64,000 bases of DNA from assembly GCA_021107945.1 (NCBI GenBank), contig JAIORV010000160.1, forward strand, positions 31,996 to 95,995. Reading direction: 5' to 3'. Both the position numbers and the translations under genes were made by a program. Positions 8,854 to 18,415 of this stretch are shown here, piece after piece. Position 1 is the stretch's first letter. The number at the start of each line of letters is the position of its first letter. The notes under the pieces were generated by a model. The model worked only from the letters and a program-made list of their open reading frames with translations. It was not told the DNA's origin and did no database searches. This stretch comes from Vulcanimicrobiota bacterium. GTDB taxonomy: Bacteria > Vulcanimicrobiota > JAJTBE01.

Positions 8854-9107
8854 TTGGAGATATCAACTTTTTTTTCTCCGGTTATCCTCTGCGCCCTCCG
8901 CGATCTCTGCGGTGAATTTAAAAAGCATTATCCGGGATTAAGGGAAAAGGAAGGTGCTTGTTACAAAATGGTAAAATCAGACTCCGCTTTAGAAGGAAAA
9001 AGCCGGTTCCTCTTTAAATTTCTCTTAATGGGTCAAAATAAAATCTTACATTTAATTTCCTGAAAAGGAGATTGGTTTTAATTTCGGATTTTACTCGGGG
9101 AGGAAGA

Positions 9108-9935
9108 ATGGTGGACACTTCCGATTTATGGAAGAAATATAAAGAACTGGAAGACGAAGAGTCAAAAAATAAGCTTATTGAGCATTATCTTCCCTTTGTC
9201 CGCCAGATTGCTTCCATGATCATAAAGAAACTTCGTCCCGGAGTGGACCTCGATGATCTGACCGGTGACGGAATTTTTGGATTAATCCGTGCGATTGATA
9301 ATTTCGATCTTTCCCGGGGCTTCAAGTTTGAGACCTACGCCACACCCGTTGTAAGAGGATCCATATATAACGGTTTAAGGACCCTGGATTGGGTTCCTGA
9401 GAGAACAAGGGGCAAGGTCAGGGCTGTTCAGAGGAGCCGCGAGAAATATTACAAAATGAAAGGTCGCTTCCCCACCGAGGAGGAGCTTGCTAACGAGCTA
9501 AGGATGAGCTCCGAGGAAGTATATGATCTTATTGCCGATCTCGGATGTCTTTTTATACTCTCCCTGGAACAGCCTCTCACAAACATTGAGGGTGAAAACG
9601 GCACTATAATATCATTGATTGAAAACGAATTGATAAATGATCCCCTGATGGAAGTGGAGTTCTCAGAGGAGAGGAAATTTCTTGAAGAAGCTATAGAAAA
9701 CCTGAATGAAAGAGAAAGATATATAGTTTCAAAGCATTATTTCGAGGGATTTACATTTGAGTCAATATCGCATGATCTTGGTGTTTCTAAACAAAGAATT
9801 TCACAGATGCATGCTCGTGCTGTGAGAAGAATGAGAGAGCACCTTGGCAGGATGACAATAAGCGACGAGGCGATAAAAGATTTTACATATGAAAAGCACC
9901 CGTTGATCCCACCACGATGGAAGAAAAAAGAATAA
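9108..9935 (+). CDS. RNA polymerase sigma factor, FliA/WhiG (sigma-28) family
   Basis: GGAGG before ATG 9108; DDLTGDGIFGLIRAIDNFDLSRGFKFETYA, LRTLDWVP, region 4 LGVSKQRISQMHARA. Confidence 0.9.
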   Translation: MVDTSDLWKKYKELEDEESKNKLIEHYLPFVRQIASMIIKKLRPGVDLDDLTGDGIFGLIRAIDNFDLSRGFKFETYATPVVRGSIYNGLRTLDWVPERTRGKVRAVQRSREKYYKMKGRFPTEEELANELRMSSEEVYDLIADLGCLFILSLEQPLTNIEGENGTIISLIENELINDPLMEVEFSEERKFLEEAIENLNERERYIVSKHYFEGFTFESISHDLGVSKQRISQMHARAVRRMREHLGRMTISDEAIKDFTYEKHPLIPPRWKKKE

Positions 9936-9977
9936 ACATACTATTCCCACGGACAGGCGTTTCCCGACTCCATTTTT

Positions 9978-10979
9978 CTATTTTTGGAGTCTCTCCCCGC
10001 TGTTCAACATTTTATATAGAGCTGATATAACAAGTCTTTCCGCTTCATAAATATCAAATACGTTTTTAATTGCACATCCTGCCGCTTTGGGGTGTCCTCC
10101 TCCGGAGAATGTAGCGGCGACTTTATTTACCGGAATCAGGTTTGAGCGAAGACTTACCTTTATTTCCCTGTCTTTCTTTTCTTTCAACAATGCCATTGTA
10201 TTTATTCCCTTGATCTGAAAAAGGTGTCTTGCAAAATTAGGATGATCGGCATCGTCGATTCCATATCTGTAAAGCAGGTCTCTGGTTAGAATTGAAGTGG
10301 CAACTCCACCTTCGTGTATCCTGATATTTTCCATAAGATGCCCCAGAAGTCTGAATACTCCCGGAGCCATTTCCCTGTCAACTCTTCTTGAGATTTCATC
10401 CAGTGGGAGATCAAATTTATCAAGCATTTTCGAAATTATCAGGTGAGTTTTGTTGGTAGTATTACTAAAATTGAATCCCCCTGTGTCGGTATATATGGCA
10501 ACATACAAATTAGTAGCAATTTCGCTATTCATCGGGTATTCCAGGCATGAGAAAATATCATAAAATATCTCTCCCACAGATGAAGCCCCTGTATCTACAT
10601 AATTCAAATCACCATACAAATCATTATCAGGGTGATGATCAATGTTGACTGTTATTTTTGCTTTAAAATTATTACCTGCCGGACTGCGTGAATAGCTTGG
10701 GCATTCAAAAAGTATGGCGCAATCAAATTCGCTATCGGGAAGTGTGTTAGTGACATACTTAACACCCGGAAGGAAATTATACATTGAAGGCACGGTATCT
10801 GTTGTGAAGACTTTTATTTGCTTGCCTTTTTCCTTAAGAATCAGACAACAGGCAAGCAAAGAGCCAAGAGCATCCCCATCCATATTTATATGGGGTATCA
10901 GAAGAAATGAATTTGAAGATTTTATCACCTTATCAAATTGTAGTGCAAATTTCTGAATCTTGTTCATCGCGACTTTCAT
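9978..10979 (-). CDS. nrnA: DHH-family bifunctional oligoribonuclease/pAp phosphatase
   Basis: HINMDGDALGS, NIDHH, YTDTGGF, GGGHPKAAG; lies after rbfA. Confidence 0.9.
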   Translation of the reverse strand: MKVAMNKIQKFALQFDKVIKSSNSFLLIPHINMDGDALGSLLACCLILKEKGKQIKVFTTDTVPSMYNFLPGVKYVTNTLPDSEFDCAILFECPSYSRSPAGNNFKAKITVNIDHHPDNDLYGDLNYVDTGASSVGEIFYDIFSCLEYPMNSEIATNLYVAIYTDTGGFNFSNTTNKTHLIISKMLDKFDLPLDEISRRVDREMAPGVFRLLGHLMENIRIHEGGVATSILTRDLLYRYGIDDADHPNFARHLFQIKGINTMALLKEKKDREIKVSLRSNLIPVNKVAATFSGGGHPKAAGCAIKNVFDIYEAERLVISALYKMLNSGERLQK

Positions 10980-11344
10980 TCTATGTCCTGATCTTCCATC
11001 TCTTCTTCTTTGTGTAAAGTTTCGAGGATTCTCCTTACTTTCTTACCCTTCTCTAATCCTGAATCCATACAAAAAACAACTCTGGGGGTTTTTTTCAGCC
11101 TTATCTCTTTACCTAATATCTTCCTGATATAACCTGCAGCTGATTCCAGTCCTTTGAGAACCTCTTCTCTCTTTTCACCTTCGGACATAGTAGTGACATA
11201 AACCTTCGCAATTTCAAGATCAGGCGTTACTTTTACTTCCGTAATAGTAACGAAGCCAATGCGGGGGTCATTAATTTTTACTAAAATATCTCCAATAGTC
11301 TCACGAATAAGCTCGGAAACTCTTTGCATCCTTTTTATCGACAT
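10976..11344 (-). CDS. rbfA: Ribosome-binding factor A
   Basis: RMQRVSELIR...DPRIGFVTITEVKVTPDL; follows infB. Confidence 0.97.
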   Translation of the reverse strand: MSIKRMQRVSELIRETIGDILVKINDPRIGFVTITEVKVTPDLEIAKVYVTTMSEGEKREEVLKGLESAAGYIRKILGKEIRLKKTPRVVFCMDSGLEKGKKVRRILETLHKEEEMEDQDIE

Positions 11345-11349
11345 CTATA

Positions 11350-14010
11350 TCACCCGGATTTACTTTCCGCTTCGCCAAGCTCTCTTTTTATTTCCTTGAA
11401 GGTATATGCTTCGACAACGTCTCCCGGTTGCATGGCGCCAAATTTTTCGATTGTAAGACCACATTCAAAATTGGCACCGACTTCTTTGACATCATCTTTG
11501 AACCTGCGAAGTGAATCGATTTTAGCCTCGTAAATCACAACTCCGTCACGAATAATACGAGTATCTGAACCTCTGATAATTTTTCCCTCGGTAACATAAC
11601 AACCGGCGATTACTCCGATCTTCGAAACCTTGAAGGTCGCTCTTACTTCGGCACGACCCAACATTACTTCCTTATATTCAGGATCGAGAAGTCCCGTCAT
11701 CGCCGCCTTGATATCTTCAATTATATGATAGATTACGCGGTATAGTCTGATATCAACTTTCTCTTGATCCCCCATGCGTTTGGTAATGGGATCCGGCCTT
11801 ACGTTATAACCGATAATAATTGCATCGGATGCCGTGGCAAGCATCACATCAGACTCGCTGATAGCGCCTACTCCACCATGAATGACATTGATTTGCACCT
11901 CACTAGTTGAGAGACGCTGGAGAGAATGTCTTAATGCCTCAAGAGCTCCCTGTGTATCAGCTTTCAGAATAATCTTGAGATCTTTTACTTCTCCCTCTTG
12001 CATCTGGCGGAAAAGATCATCCAGAGATGTACGGGAGTAAGTTTCAAGTCTCTTTGTCCTCATATCGTCTTTCCGTTTTTCGGAAATTTCTCTGGCCTCT
12101 TTCTCATCATCGACTACCAATAGATGATCGCCCGCCTGAGGGACTCCCGATAGTCCTGTAACGACTGCAGGCATCGAAGGGAAGGCTTTCTTTATCCTCT
12201 TTCCCTTATCATTGAGCATAGCCTTTATTCTTCCCCACTCATTACCTACTATAGCGCAATCCCCTATTTTGAGTGTTCCATTTTGTACAATTACCGTTGC
12301 AACCGGCCCCAGTCCTGTATCCATTGAGGATTCGATAATAGTGCCTTCGGCCTTCCTGTGTGGATTTGCCTTCAGCTCCTGCATATCTGCAATAAGCAAA
12401 TTCATTTCCAGCAAATCATCAATTCCGATTTTGGTTTTTGCTGAAACTGGAACCGTTACGGCCTCTCCTCCCCAGTCCTCTGCAATGATATCATACTCTG
12501 CTAATTGCTGTTTGACTCGATCGGGATTAGCATTTGGCTTGTCAATTTTATTTATGGCAATAATGATAGGGACATTTGCTGCTTTTGCATGGTTGATAGC
12601 TTCAATTGTCTGAGGCATAACCCCGTCATCTGCAGCCACAACAAGAATCGCAATGTCCGTCACTTTGGCTCCACGGGCACGCATAGCAGTAAACGCTTCA
12701 TGTCCCGGGGTATCAATAAATACAACTTTTCTGTCACCCATTTCCACGACGGATGCTCCCACGCTCTGTGTAATACCGCCGCTTTCTTGCTCGGCAATAT
12801 TTGTTTCTCTTATGCAGTCAAGCAGGGATGTTTTACCGTGGTCAACGTGTCCCAGAACAGTTACAACCGGGGGTCTTGGTGAGAGCAAAGCTGGATCGTC
12901 TTCAATCTCTTCCGGTTTTGGCAGTTCAACCTTTGTACGTTCAACTCTGAAACCATATCTTTTGACTACTCCTGCGGCAAGATCAAAGTTAAGCAACTGA
13001 TTGATCGAAGCCATAATCCCCTGTTTCATGAGCAACTTAATAATCTCATTTGCGGGGACTTCCAGTTTTCTTGAAAGGTCGCCAACTGTCATGGTTTCTG
13101 GAAGTTCCATCCATTTTATTGTTGACTCCTTCATTGTAACTTCAGGAGCTCTTCTTTTTCTTGCTCTTCTGCCATATTTTGAGTATCTAAAAGTCCTGGT
13201 CTGCGTTCTCGTAATTTTTTTGGTTACCTTTCCCTTTTTCACTTCTTTGGCCTTTGTCGATTCTTTGGCCTTTACCGACTCTTTGGCCTTTACCGACTCT
13301 TTGGCCTTTACCGACTCTTTGGCCTTCATTGGTACCTCTACCCTGGGACGTATCACATCCGTTATATTCTTCAAAGAAGATTCCTTAGCCTTTGGTCTAT
13401 GTCCCTTATGCCGCTTCTTTTTTTGCTTGGACTTCCCTTGTTCCATAACCTCGACTGGTTTTTTGTCTCCTTCGGTTGCCGGGGCCGACTTTTCTTGTCC
13501 TATTACGACCTTTACAGTCTTTTTAGGCATTCCGGCTTTCCCGGGATGTGGTGTCTTTTCGGAAACTTTAACTATGCCGGGGGTTTCAACCTTTGTGGGT
13601 TCCTCCGGTCTTTCCCGCTTGACAGGCTGCGCCGGCTTTGGGGCGAACTTTGTTTCAACCGGCTTCTTACCATGTTCATGTTCCACTTTAATAGGAGTTG
13701 TCGGTTTTACTGGCAACTCTTCTTTTTTCACTTTCTCTTCCATGGTTTTCTTCTGCTCGTCAATTTTCTTCTGCTTGGCCAACTTTTCAACCTTTTCCTT
13801 TATCACCCGCCTGGGTATATATTTCTTCCCTTCTTTTTTGGCCCTCCTCATTCTTCGAAATTCAAGAATAATCTCATTGGCGGTCGCCTGATCCACCGAT
13901 GAAGAATGAGACTTTATGGTAACTCCTATTATGTCTTTGATGCTATCCACCAGTTCTTTATTGGATACACCGACAATTTTTGAAAGATCGTAGATTCTAA
14001 CTTTTGACAT
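11350..14010 (-). CDS. infB: Translation initiation factor IF-2
   Basis: [40 protein letters not shown]. Confidence 0.99.
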   Translation of the reverse strand: MSKVRIYDLSKIVGVSNKELVDSIKDIIGVTIKSHSSSVDQATANEIILEFRRMRRAKKEGKKYIPRRVIKEKVEKLAKQKKIDEQKKTMEEKVKKEELPVKPTTPIKVEHEHGKKPVETKFAPKPAQPVKRERPEEPTKVETPGIVKVSEKTPHPGKAGMPKKTVKVVIGQEKSAPATEGDKKPVEVMEQGKSKQKKKRHKGHRPKAKESSLKNITDVIRPRVEVPMKAKESVKAKESVKAKESVKAKESTKAKEVKKGKVTKKITRTQTRTFRYSKYGRRARKRRAPEVTMKESTIKWMELPETMTVGDLSRKLEVPANEIIKLLMKQGIMASINQLLNFDLAAGVVKRYGFRVERTKVELPKPEEIEDDPALLSPRPPVVTVLGHVDHGKTSLLDCIRETNIAEQESGGITQSVGASVVEMGDRKVVFIDTPGHEAFTAMRARGAKVTDIAILVVAADDGVMPQTIEAINHAKAANVPIIIAINKIDKPNANPDRVKQQLAEYDIIAEDWGGEAVTVPVSAKTKIGIDDLLEMNLLIADMQELKANPHRKAEGTIIESSMDTGLGPVATVIVQNGTLKIGDCAIVGNEWGRIKAMLNDKGKRIKKAFPSMPAVVTGLSGVPQAGDHLLVVDDEKEAREISEKRKDDMRTKRLETYSRTSLDDLFRQMQEGEVKDLKIILKADTQGALEALRHSLQRLSTSEVQINVIHGGVGAISESDVMLATASDAIIIGYNVRPDPITKRMGDQEKVDIRLYRVIYHIIEDIKAAMTGLLDPEYKEVMLGRAEVRATFKVSKIGVIAGCYVTEGKIIRGSDTRIIRDGVVIYEAKIDSLRRFKDDVKEVGANFECGLTIEKFGAMQPGDVVEAYTFKEIKRELGEAESKSG
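13244..13327 (-). repeat. 18-bp in-frame tandem repeat in infB (KAKESV, about 4.5 units)
   Basis: Units of ctttggcctttaccgact. Confidence 0.9.
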
Positions 14011-14046
14011 TCATTTCCCTTCCTTAGCGGTTCCCTATCGGTTCCC

Positions 14047-14334
14047 TTATGTTATGGAAAAGGTTTGAGAGAGATCTGCCAGCAACTTAAAAGCTTCCCC
14101 GTTAAGACTCCCGTGATAAATTTTCCTGAATCTCTTTTCATTTAATAGGCTCTTAATACAATCCCTGTTCTTACAGATATAGATTCCTTTTCCTGATTTA
14201 ATACTTTTTTCATCCGGCTCAATGATTCCTTTATTATTTTTAATGAGTCTTATTAATTCCAATTTTGGAAACATATTTTTACAAACAACACACATTCTAT
14301 AAGGGACATGCCGTTTCCTCTTAATAGTACTCAT
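14047..14334 (-). CDS. ylxR: YlxR (DUF448) family RNA-binding protein
   Basis: HVPYRMCVVC...GKGIYICKNRDC; lies between nusA and infB; ATG 14334 overlaps the nusA end. Confidence 0.85.
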   Translation of the reverse strand: MSTIKRKRHVPYRMCVVCKNMFPKLELIRLIKNNKGIIEPDEKSIKSGKGIYICKNRDCIKSLLNEKRFRKIYHGSLNGEAFKLLADLSQTFSIT

Positions 14335-16000
14335 CGAAGTCCTGACCTCTTCGCTTTTTCTTCTTTCTTGCGCCCTTCTTCTTCTTGGGGCGGCTATCTT
14401 GTCCTGGTTCCTTTGGTTTTGAAGTCTCAACTGGTTGTTGTGATTGTACACTTGTAGTTAAATCGGAGGATTCTTTCCTGTAGATCATAGCCATATATTC
14501 TTCTACAGGCATATCTTTCGGTATCTCTTTGAGATACTTGTCCATTTTTTCTGTTTTCCTGGATTCCGCAATTGCAGCTTCAAGTTTCAGTTCTTCACCT
14601 GGTTTTAATTTGTATTCTGGAATTTCGGGAGGATTTTCAAGCAACTTCCTTTTTTCTTCCTCTTCCAATCTGGTTTTTTCCTCTTCTTCTTTCCTGAGAC
14701 ATTCCTCTTCTTCCCTCCTGAGTCTTTCTTCTTCCTCTTTCTTCCCGCGTTCTTCTTCGTCTTTAAGCTTTTTTTCCTCTTCTTCTATTCTTTTTCGCTC
14801 TTCTTCCTCTTTCTTATTCTTCTCGTCTTCAACTTTTTTTCTTTCTTCCTCTTCCTGCCTCACTTGAGCTTCAAGATCCTTGGACTGAGATTCACTCTTG
14901 ATATCAATCTTCCATCCTGTCAATTTAGCGGCAAGCCTTGCATTTTGTCCTTCTTTTCCTATGGCAAGTGAAAATTGATTATCCGGCACGATAACCAATG
15001 CCGTATTATCATCGGGATTGAGTGTCACCGTTAAGACTCTTGCCGGGCTCAGTGCATTGGAAACAAAAGTGAAGGGGTCTTCAGTATGATTAATGATGTC
15101 AATTTTTTCTCCACGCAATTCATCAACAATCATCTGTACTCTGCTTCCCCTGGGTCCCACACATGCTCCAAGGGGATCCACATTTGACTCAATTGCCCTG
15201 ACGGACACCTTTGATCTTGCCCCTGGCTCCCTGACCACATTGTGTATTTCGATCAATCCCTGTTGAATCTCCGGTACTTCCAGTTCGAATAATCTTTTAA
15301 TCAACCCCGGGTGTGTTCTGGAGAGGACGACCTGCGGTCCTTTTGGCGCTTGTTCAACCTTCAAGGCATATGCTTTGACTCTCTCTCCTCTTCTGAAATG
15401 CTCATTTGGCGCCTGTTCATGTGGCGGAATAATTCCCTCAACCTTTCCAAGCTCAACTATCCAGCTTCGATGCTCGTTTCTCTGGATGGTTCCCGATATA
15501 ATTTTTCCTTCTTTTTCGGCATACTCACTAAAAATAATATCTCTTTCAGCTTCCCGTATTTTCTGCATGATGACCTGTTTTGTAGTCTGTGCAGCGATTC
15601 TGCCAAAGTTCTTGGGATTTTCTTCCATAACTACATCGATATCCATTCCCAGGAAAAGCTCATCTTCTTCGGGAACAAAAGCCTCATCGCCCAGATCTGG
15701 CAGAAGTGACGGATCCAGTGGATGAATCTTGACGACATATCCATTTTTCATTTTCTTTCTTGCTTGAGAGAGAGAAATCTCAAAGGGGAGGTCTTTTCGA
15801 CGGGAAACTACATTCATTGTCGCTATGACCTTGATTCCTCCTGATTTCCAATCAATCTCCACCCTGTAATTATCTCCCACATTAAAGGTTTTACGGTAGG
15901 AAGAAGTAAGCGCCTGTTCCACGGCCTCTTTTAGAGTATCCAGAGGAATATTGCGCTCTCTTTCTATCTGTTTAAGGGCCGAAATCAGATCCCCGTTCAT
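14321..16000 (-). CDS. nusA: Transcription termination/antitermination factor NusA with long charged C-terminal tail
   Basis: FGRIAAQTTKQVI, REPGARSK, GACVGPRGSRVQ, AIGKEGQNARLAAKLTGWKIDI. Confidence 0.98.
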   Translation of the reverse strand: MNGDLISALKQIERERNIPLDTLKEAVEQALTSSYRKTFNVGDNYRVEIDWKSGGIKVIATMNVVSRRKDLPFEISLSQARKKMKNGYVVKIHPLDPSLLPDLGDEAFVPEEDELFLGMDIDVVMEENPKNFGRIAAQTTKQVIMQKIREAERDIIFSEYAEKEGKIISGTIQRNEHRSWIVELGKVEGIIPPHEQAPNEHFRRGERVKAYALKVEQAPKGPQVVLSRTHPGLIKRLFELEVPEIQQGLIEIHNVVREPGARSKVSVRAIESNVDPLGACVGPRGSRVQMIVDELRGEKIDIINHTEDPFTFVSNALSPARVLTVTLNPDDNTALVIVPDNQFSLAIGKEGQNARLAAKLTGWKIDIKSESQSKDLEAQVRQEEEERKKVEDEKNKKEEEERKRIEEEEKKLKDEEERGKKEEEERLRREEEECLRKEEEEKTRLEEEEKRKLLENPPEIPEYKLKPGEELKLEAAIAESRKTEKMDKYLKEIPKDMPVEEYMAMIYRKESSDLTTSVQSQQPVETSKPKEPGQDSRPKKKKGARKKKKRRGQDFDEYY

Positions 16001-16106
16001 TTACTCTCCTCCTTTATTACCCAGTGGTGGATTGCCACTGAGAATAAAAATTTAATCCGGGAATAACTTCAATCTAATGTTGCTCAAACAAAAAGCTCTA
16101 TGTCAA

Positions 16107-16391
16107 TCACTCAGGAATTTTTGAGTCGATTCCCGGTGAAGAGACTTCCAGACAATATCTCTCCTCAAGAAGGCCTTCCTCGTCGAGCTTTTCACTCAAA
16201 GCTCGTGAAAAGGTCTCACAATCGGAGAGGCTCACACCTCCCTGCCTGTCAATAATGACTCTCAGGATTCTTCTTCCGCCTTCCCTGACATACTCGGTTC
16301 GGATAAGCTCCACTCCTGTCTCATCCCGGACCTCGTCTGCCAGGCGGTTTATTTCTCGCTTTATTTCTCGCCTGTTAATTCTCAAGATCAT
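16107..16391 (-). CDS. rimP: Ribosome maturation factor RimP, N-terminal domain only
   Basis: LRVIIDRQGGVSLSDCETFSR...YCLEVSSPG; 94 aa; lies upstream of nusA. Confidence 0.85.
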   Translation of the reverse strand: MILRINRREIKREINRLADEVRDETGVELIRTEYVREGGRRILRVIIDRQGGVSLSDCETFSRALSEKLDEEGLLEERYCLEVSSPGIDSKIPE

Positions 16392-16407
16392 TCTCCTTTA
16401 TAATAAA

Positions 16408-16430
16408 AGAGTGGGGGGAGATCCCACTCT
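16408..16430 (-). promoter_or_regulatory. Leader hairpin upstream of rimP
   Basis: agagtggg-gggagat-cccactct inverted repeat just upstream of the RBS. Confidence 0.55.
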
Positions 16431-16508
16431 CTGTTTCGCGGAGAGATTTTCGATATAAATATATCACAAATAAAAATATTTGTAAAGCACTTTAACAACC
16501 AATTAGTA

Positions 16509-17651
16509 CTACTTCGGTAAAAAGCCGTAAATCTGGCGAGCCGCTTCTCCTGCCGCCTTTGGGGCTGCTAATTCCCTGGTTTTCAATACCATTTCTTCCC
16601 TCTCCAGGGGATTACTCAACAATCTCTCCACTTCTATGGAAAGATCTTTCTCCCGATAGACTCTTACTCCAACTCCCTTATCCATCAGATAACGGGTATT
16701 CCTCGTTTCCTGTCCGGGTATGGGAGATGTCAGAATCATCGGAAGTCCCACTGCAATGGCCTCGGCGGTTGTCATGCCTCCAGGCTTTGTGATGAGCAGA
16801 TCTGACGCTTTCATGTATTCATGAATATTATCAACATAGTCAAGGGTGCGAATCCTGTTCTTGAACTTGGGCAGATGCAACAGTGTTTCATCAACCTTCT
16901 TTTTGAGCTTGATATTTTTTCCAAAGACAATTACGGCCTGGAATGGAGTATTTATCTTCTTTAATGTTCTCAGTATTCCGGTCACCGGGCTCATGCCAAG
17001 GCCACCGCCCATGACAAGAATGAGAGGCAGGGAAGAATCAAACCCAAGTTTCTTTCTTAACTCTTTCTTATCCACTTCAATACTGAAATTCGGATCAATA
17101 GGTATTCCTGTGGTTACTACTCGACTACTGTCAATGCCTCGCTCAATAACATTATTCTTGAGATCCTCCGTCGCTATAAGGTACATATCCGTTTCCTCAT
17201 ATAGCCAGAAGGGACTTATTACAAAATCGGTAACCACTCCAAGAATTTTTTGATCTAAACCATACTTCTGTTTTATCACTGAAAGAACTCCGCAGGGAAA
17301 TGCATGAGTACAGACTATTAGATCGGGATTCCTCTCGTCTATCATCTTTTTCAAATTCGACGCACATGCCCGGTTTAACCAGTCTTTCAGTCCTTTGATA
17401 GTTTTTTTCTTATTCTTTCTCTCGTAAAAATACCCATATAGCTTGGGTAATAAACGGATAAGATGAAGATATCCTTCCTCCATTACCTTTTCAAGAATCA
17501 AGTTCAAAAACTTGTATGAATTGACAATTTCACATGAAACGGAAGGATCAATCATTCTCAAAGACTTTTTCAATGCCTTCGCGGCAATGGTATGACCAGT
17601 GCCGGCATTGGCCGAAAGAAATAATATTTTCGGTCTCCTGTTGAGACTCAT
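16509..17651 (-). CDS. MGDG synthase / UgtP-like GT28 glycosyltransferase
   Basis: GTGH..AA, VCTHAFP, TGIPI, MGGGLG, TKPGGMT.AEA, PIPGQE.RN; GGAGG before ATG 17651. Confidence 0.9.
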   Translation of the reverse strand: MSLNRRPKILFLSANAGTGHTIAAKALKKSLRMIDPSVSCEIVNSYKFLNLILEKVMEEGYLHLIRLLPKLYGYFYERKNKKKTIKGLKDWLNRACASNLKKMIDERNPDLIVCTHAFPCGVLSVIKQKYGLDQKILGVVTDFVISPFWLYEETDMYLIATEDLKNNVIERGIDSSRVVTTGIPIDPNFSIEVDKKELRKKLGFDSSLPLILVMGGGLGMSPVTGILRTLKKINTPFQAVIVFGKNIKLKKKVDETLLHLPKFKNRIRTLDYVDNIHEYMKASDLLITKPGGMTTAEAIAVGLPMILTSPIPGQETRNTRYLMDKGVGVRVYREKDLSIEVERLLSNPLEREEMVLKTRELAAPKAAGEAARQIYGFLPK

Positions 17652-17813
17652 CCTACCTCCTGAAATAAAAAACTTTCCCACTTCAATTCGTAACCCCTAT
17701 ATTAAATCCTACTGAAAAGTGGAAATAATAATCACTCATCAAACATTTTCAATTTGACCGACAGTGGGCTGCGAGAGCATTTAAGATCCCGTCGTCTCCT
17801 GATTACCTGCACA

Positions 17814-17842
17814 ATTATACTCATATTCCAAATGAATGTCCA
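17814..17842 (-). promoter_or_regulatory. Putative sigma-70 promoter for the glycosyltransferase
   Basis: On the minus strand, TGGACA-N17-TATAAT. Confidence 0.55.
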
Positions 17843-17903
17843 GTATTATATCGGTTTTTTTAAGATCGGAGGGAAAACATAATAATGATAGAAAATATTA
17901 TGT

Positions 17904-18308
17904 ATGTTTATATTTGATGCAGGTCAAACAAGAAAAAAAGTTCACGGAATCAGAATTGAGCGTTGTGAAGCATGCAAAAGGCAAAGACCTCACCGGCTCA
18001 CCGAGGTAGGCACTTTTGTCAGCGTCCTGGACGCGCCGGTTGTCCCATACAAGAAACGCTTCATATTAATATGCCAGAAATGCGGTGGTGGAAAAGAGCT
18101 TACAAAAATTGAGTTCGACCGGTTAAAAAGATATAGGGAAGGACAAGAGACAGAATCATACAACCTTCCCGTTGAAGAAGATAAAAGTATTTTTGAATAT
18201 GAGAAAACAAGGCATTCCGGTAAGAAATATTGCATTCATTGTGGAAGCAAGCTAAGAAAAGGGGCAGTGTTTTGTAATGAATGCGGGCAAAAAGTTAAAA
18301 AAGTATAA
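17904..18308 (+). CDS. Zinc-ribbon domain protein
   Basis: CEAC...CQKC and CIHCG...FCNECG. Confidence 0.8.
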   Translation: MFIFDAGQTRKKVHGIRIERCEACKRQRPHRLTEVGTFVSVLDAPVVPYKKRFILICQKCGGGKELTKIEFDRLKRYREGQETESYNLPVEEDKSIFEYEKTRHSGKKYCIHCGSKLRKGAVFCNECGQKVKKV

Positions 18309-18415
18309 CATATTAAGAAAGATTAAAATGTTGTTAACATTTTGTTAACAACATGTTACATGAACTCGGTTATAATATTAACAGTTTTTATGAAATATTT
18401 TGAGGAGGTACAAAC

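Noticed and set aside
13001-13902. 296-aa and 167-aa plus-strand ORFs
   Set aside because: They are antisense to the Lys/Glu-rich infB N-terminus and are a compositional artefact.
14335-14451. Long start for ylxR
   Set aside because: It would lie deep inside nusA. ATG 14334 gives a typical YlxR length.
16075-16106. TTGACA after the rimP stop as an internal nusA promoter
   Set aside because: There is no convincing -10 box at 16-18 bp spacing.
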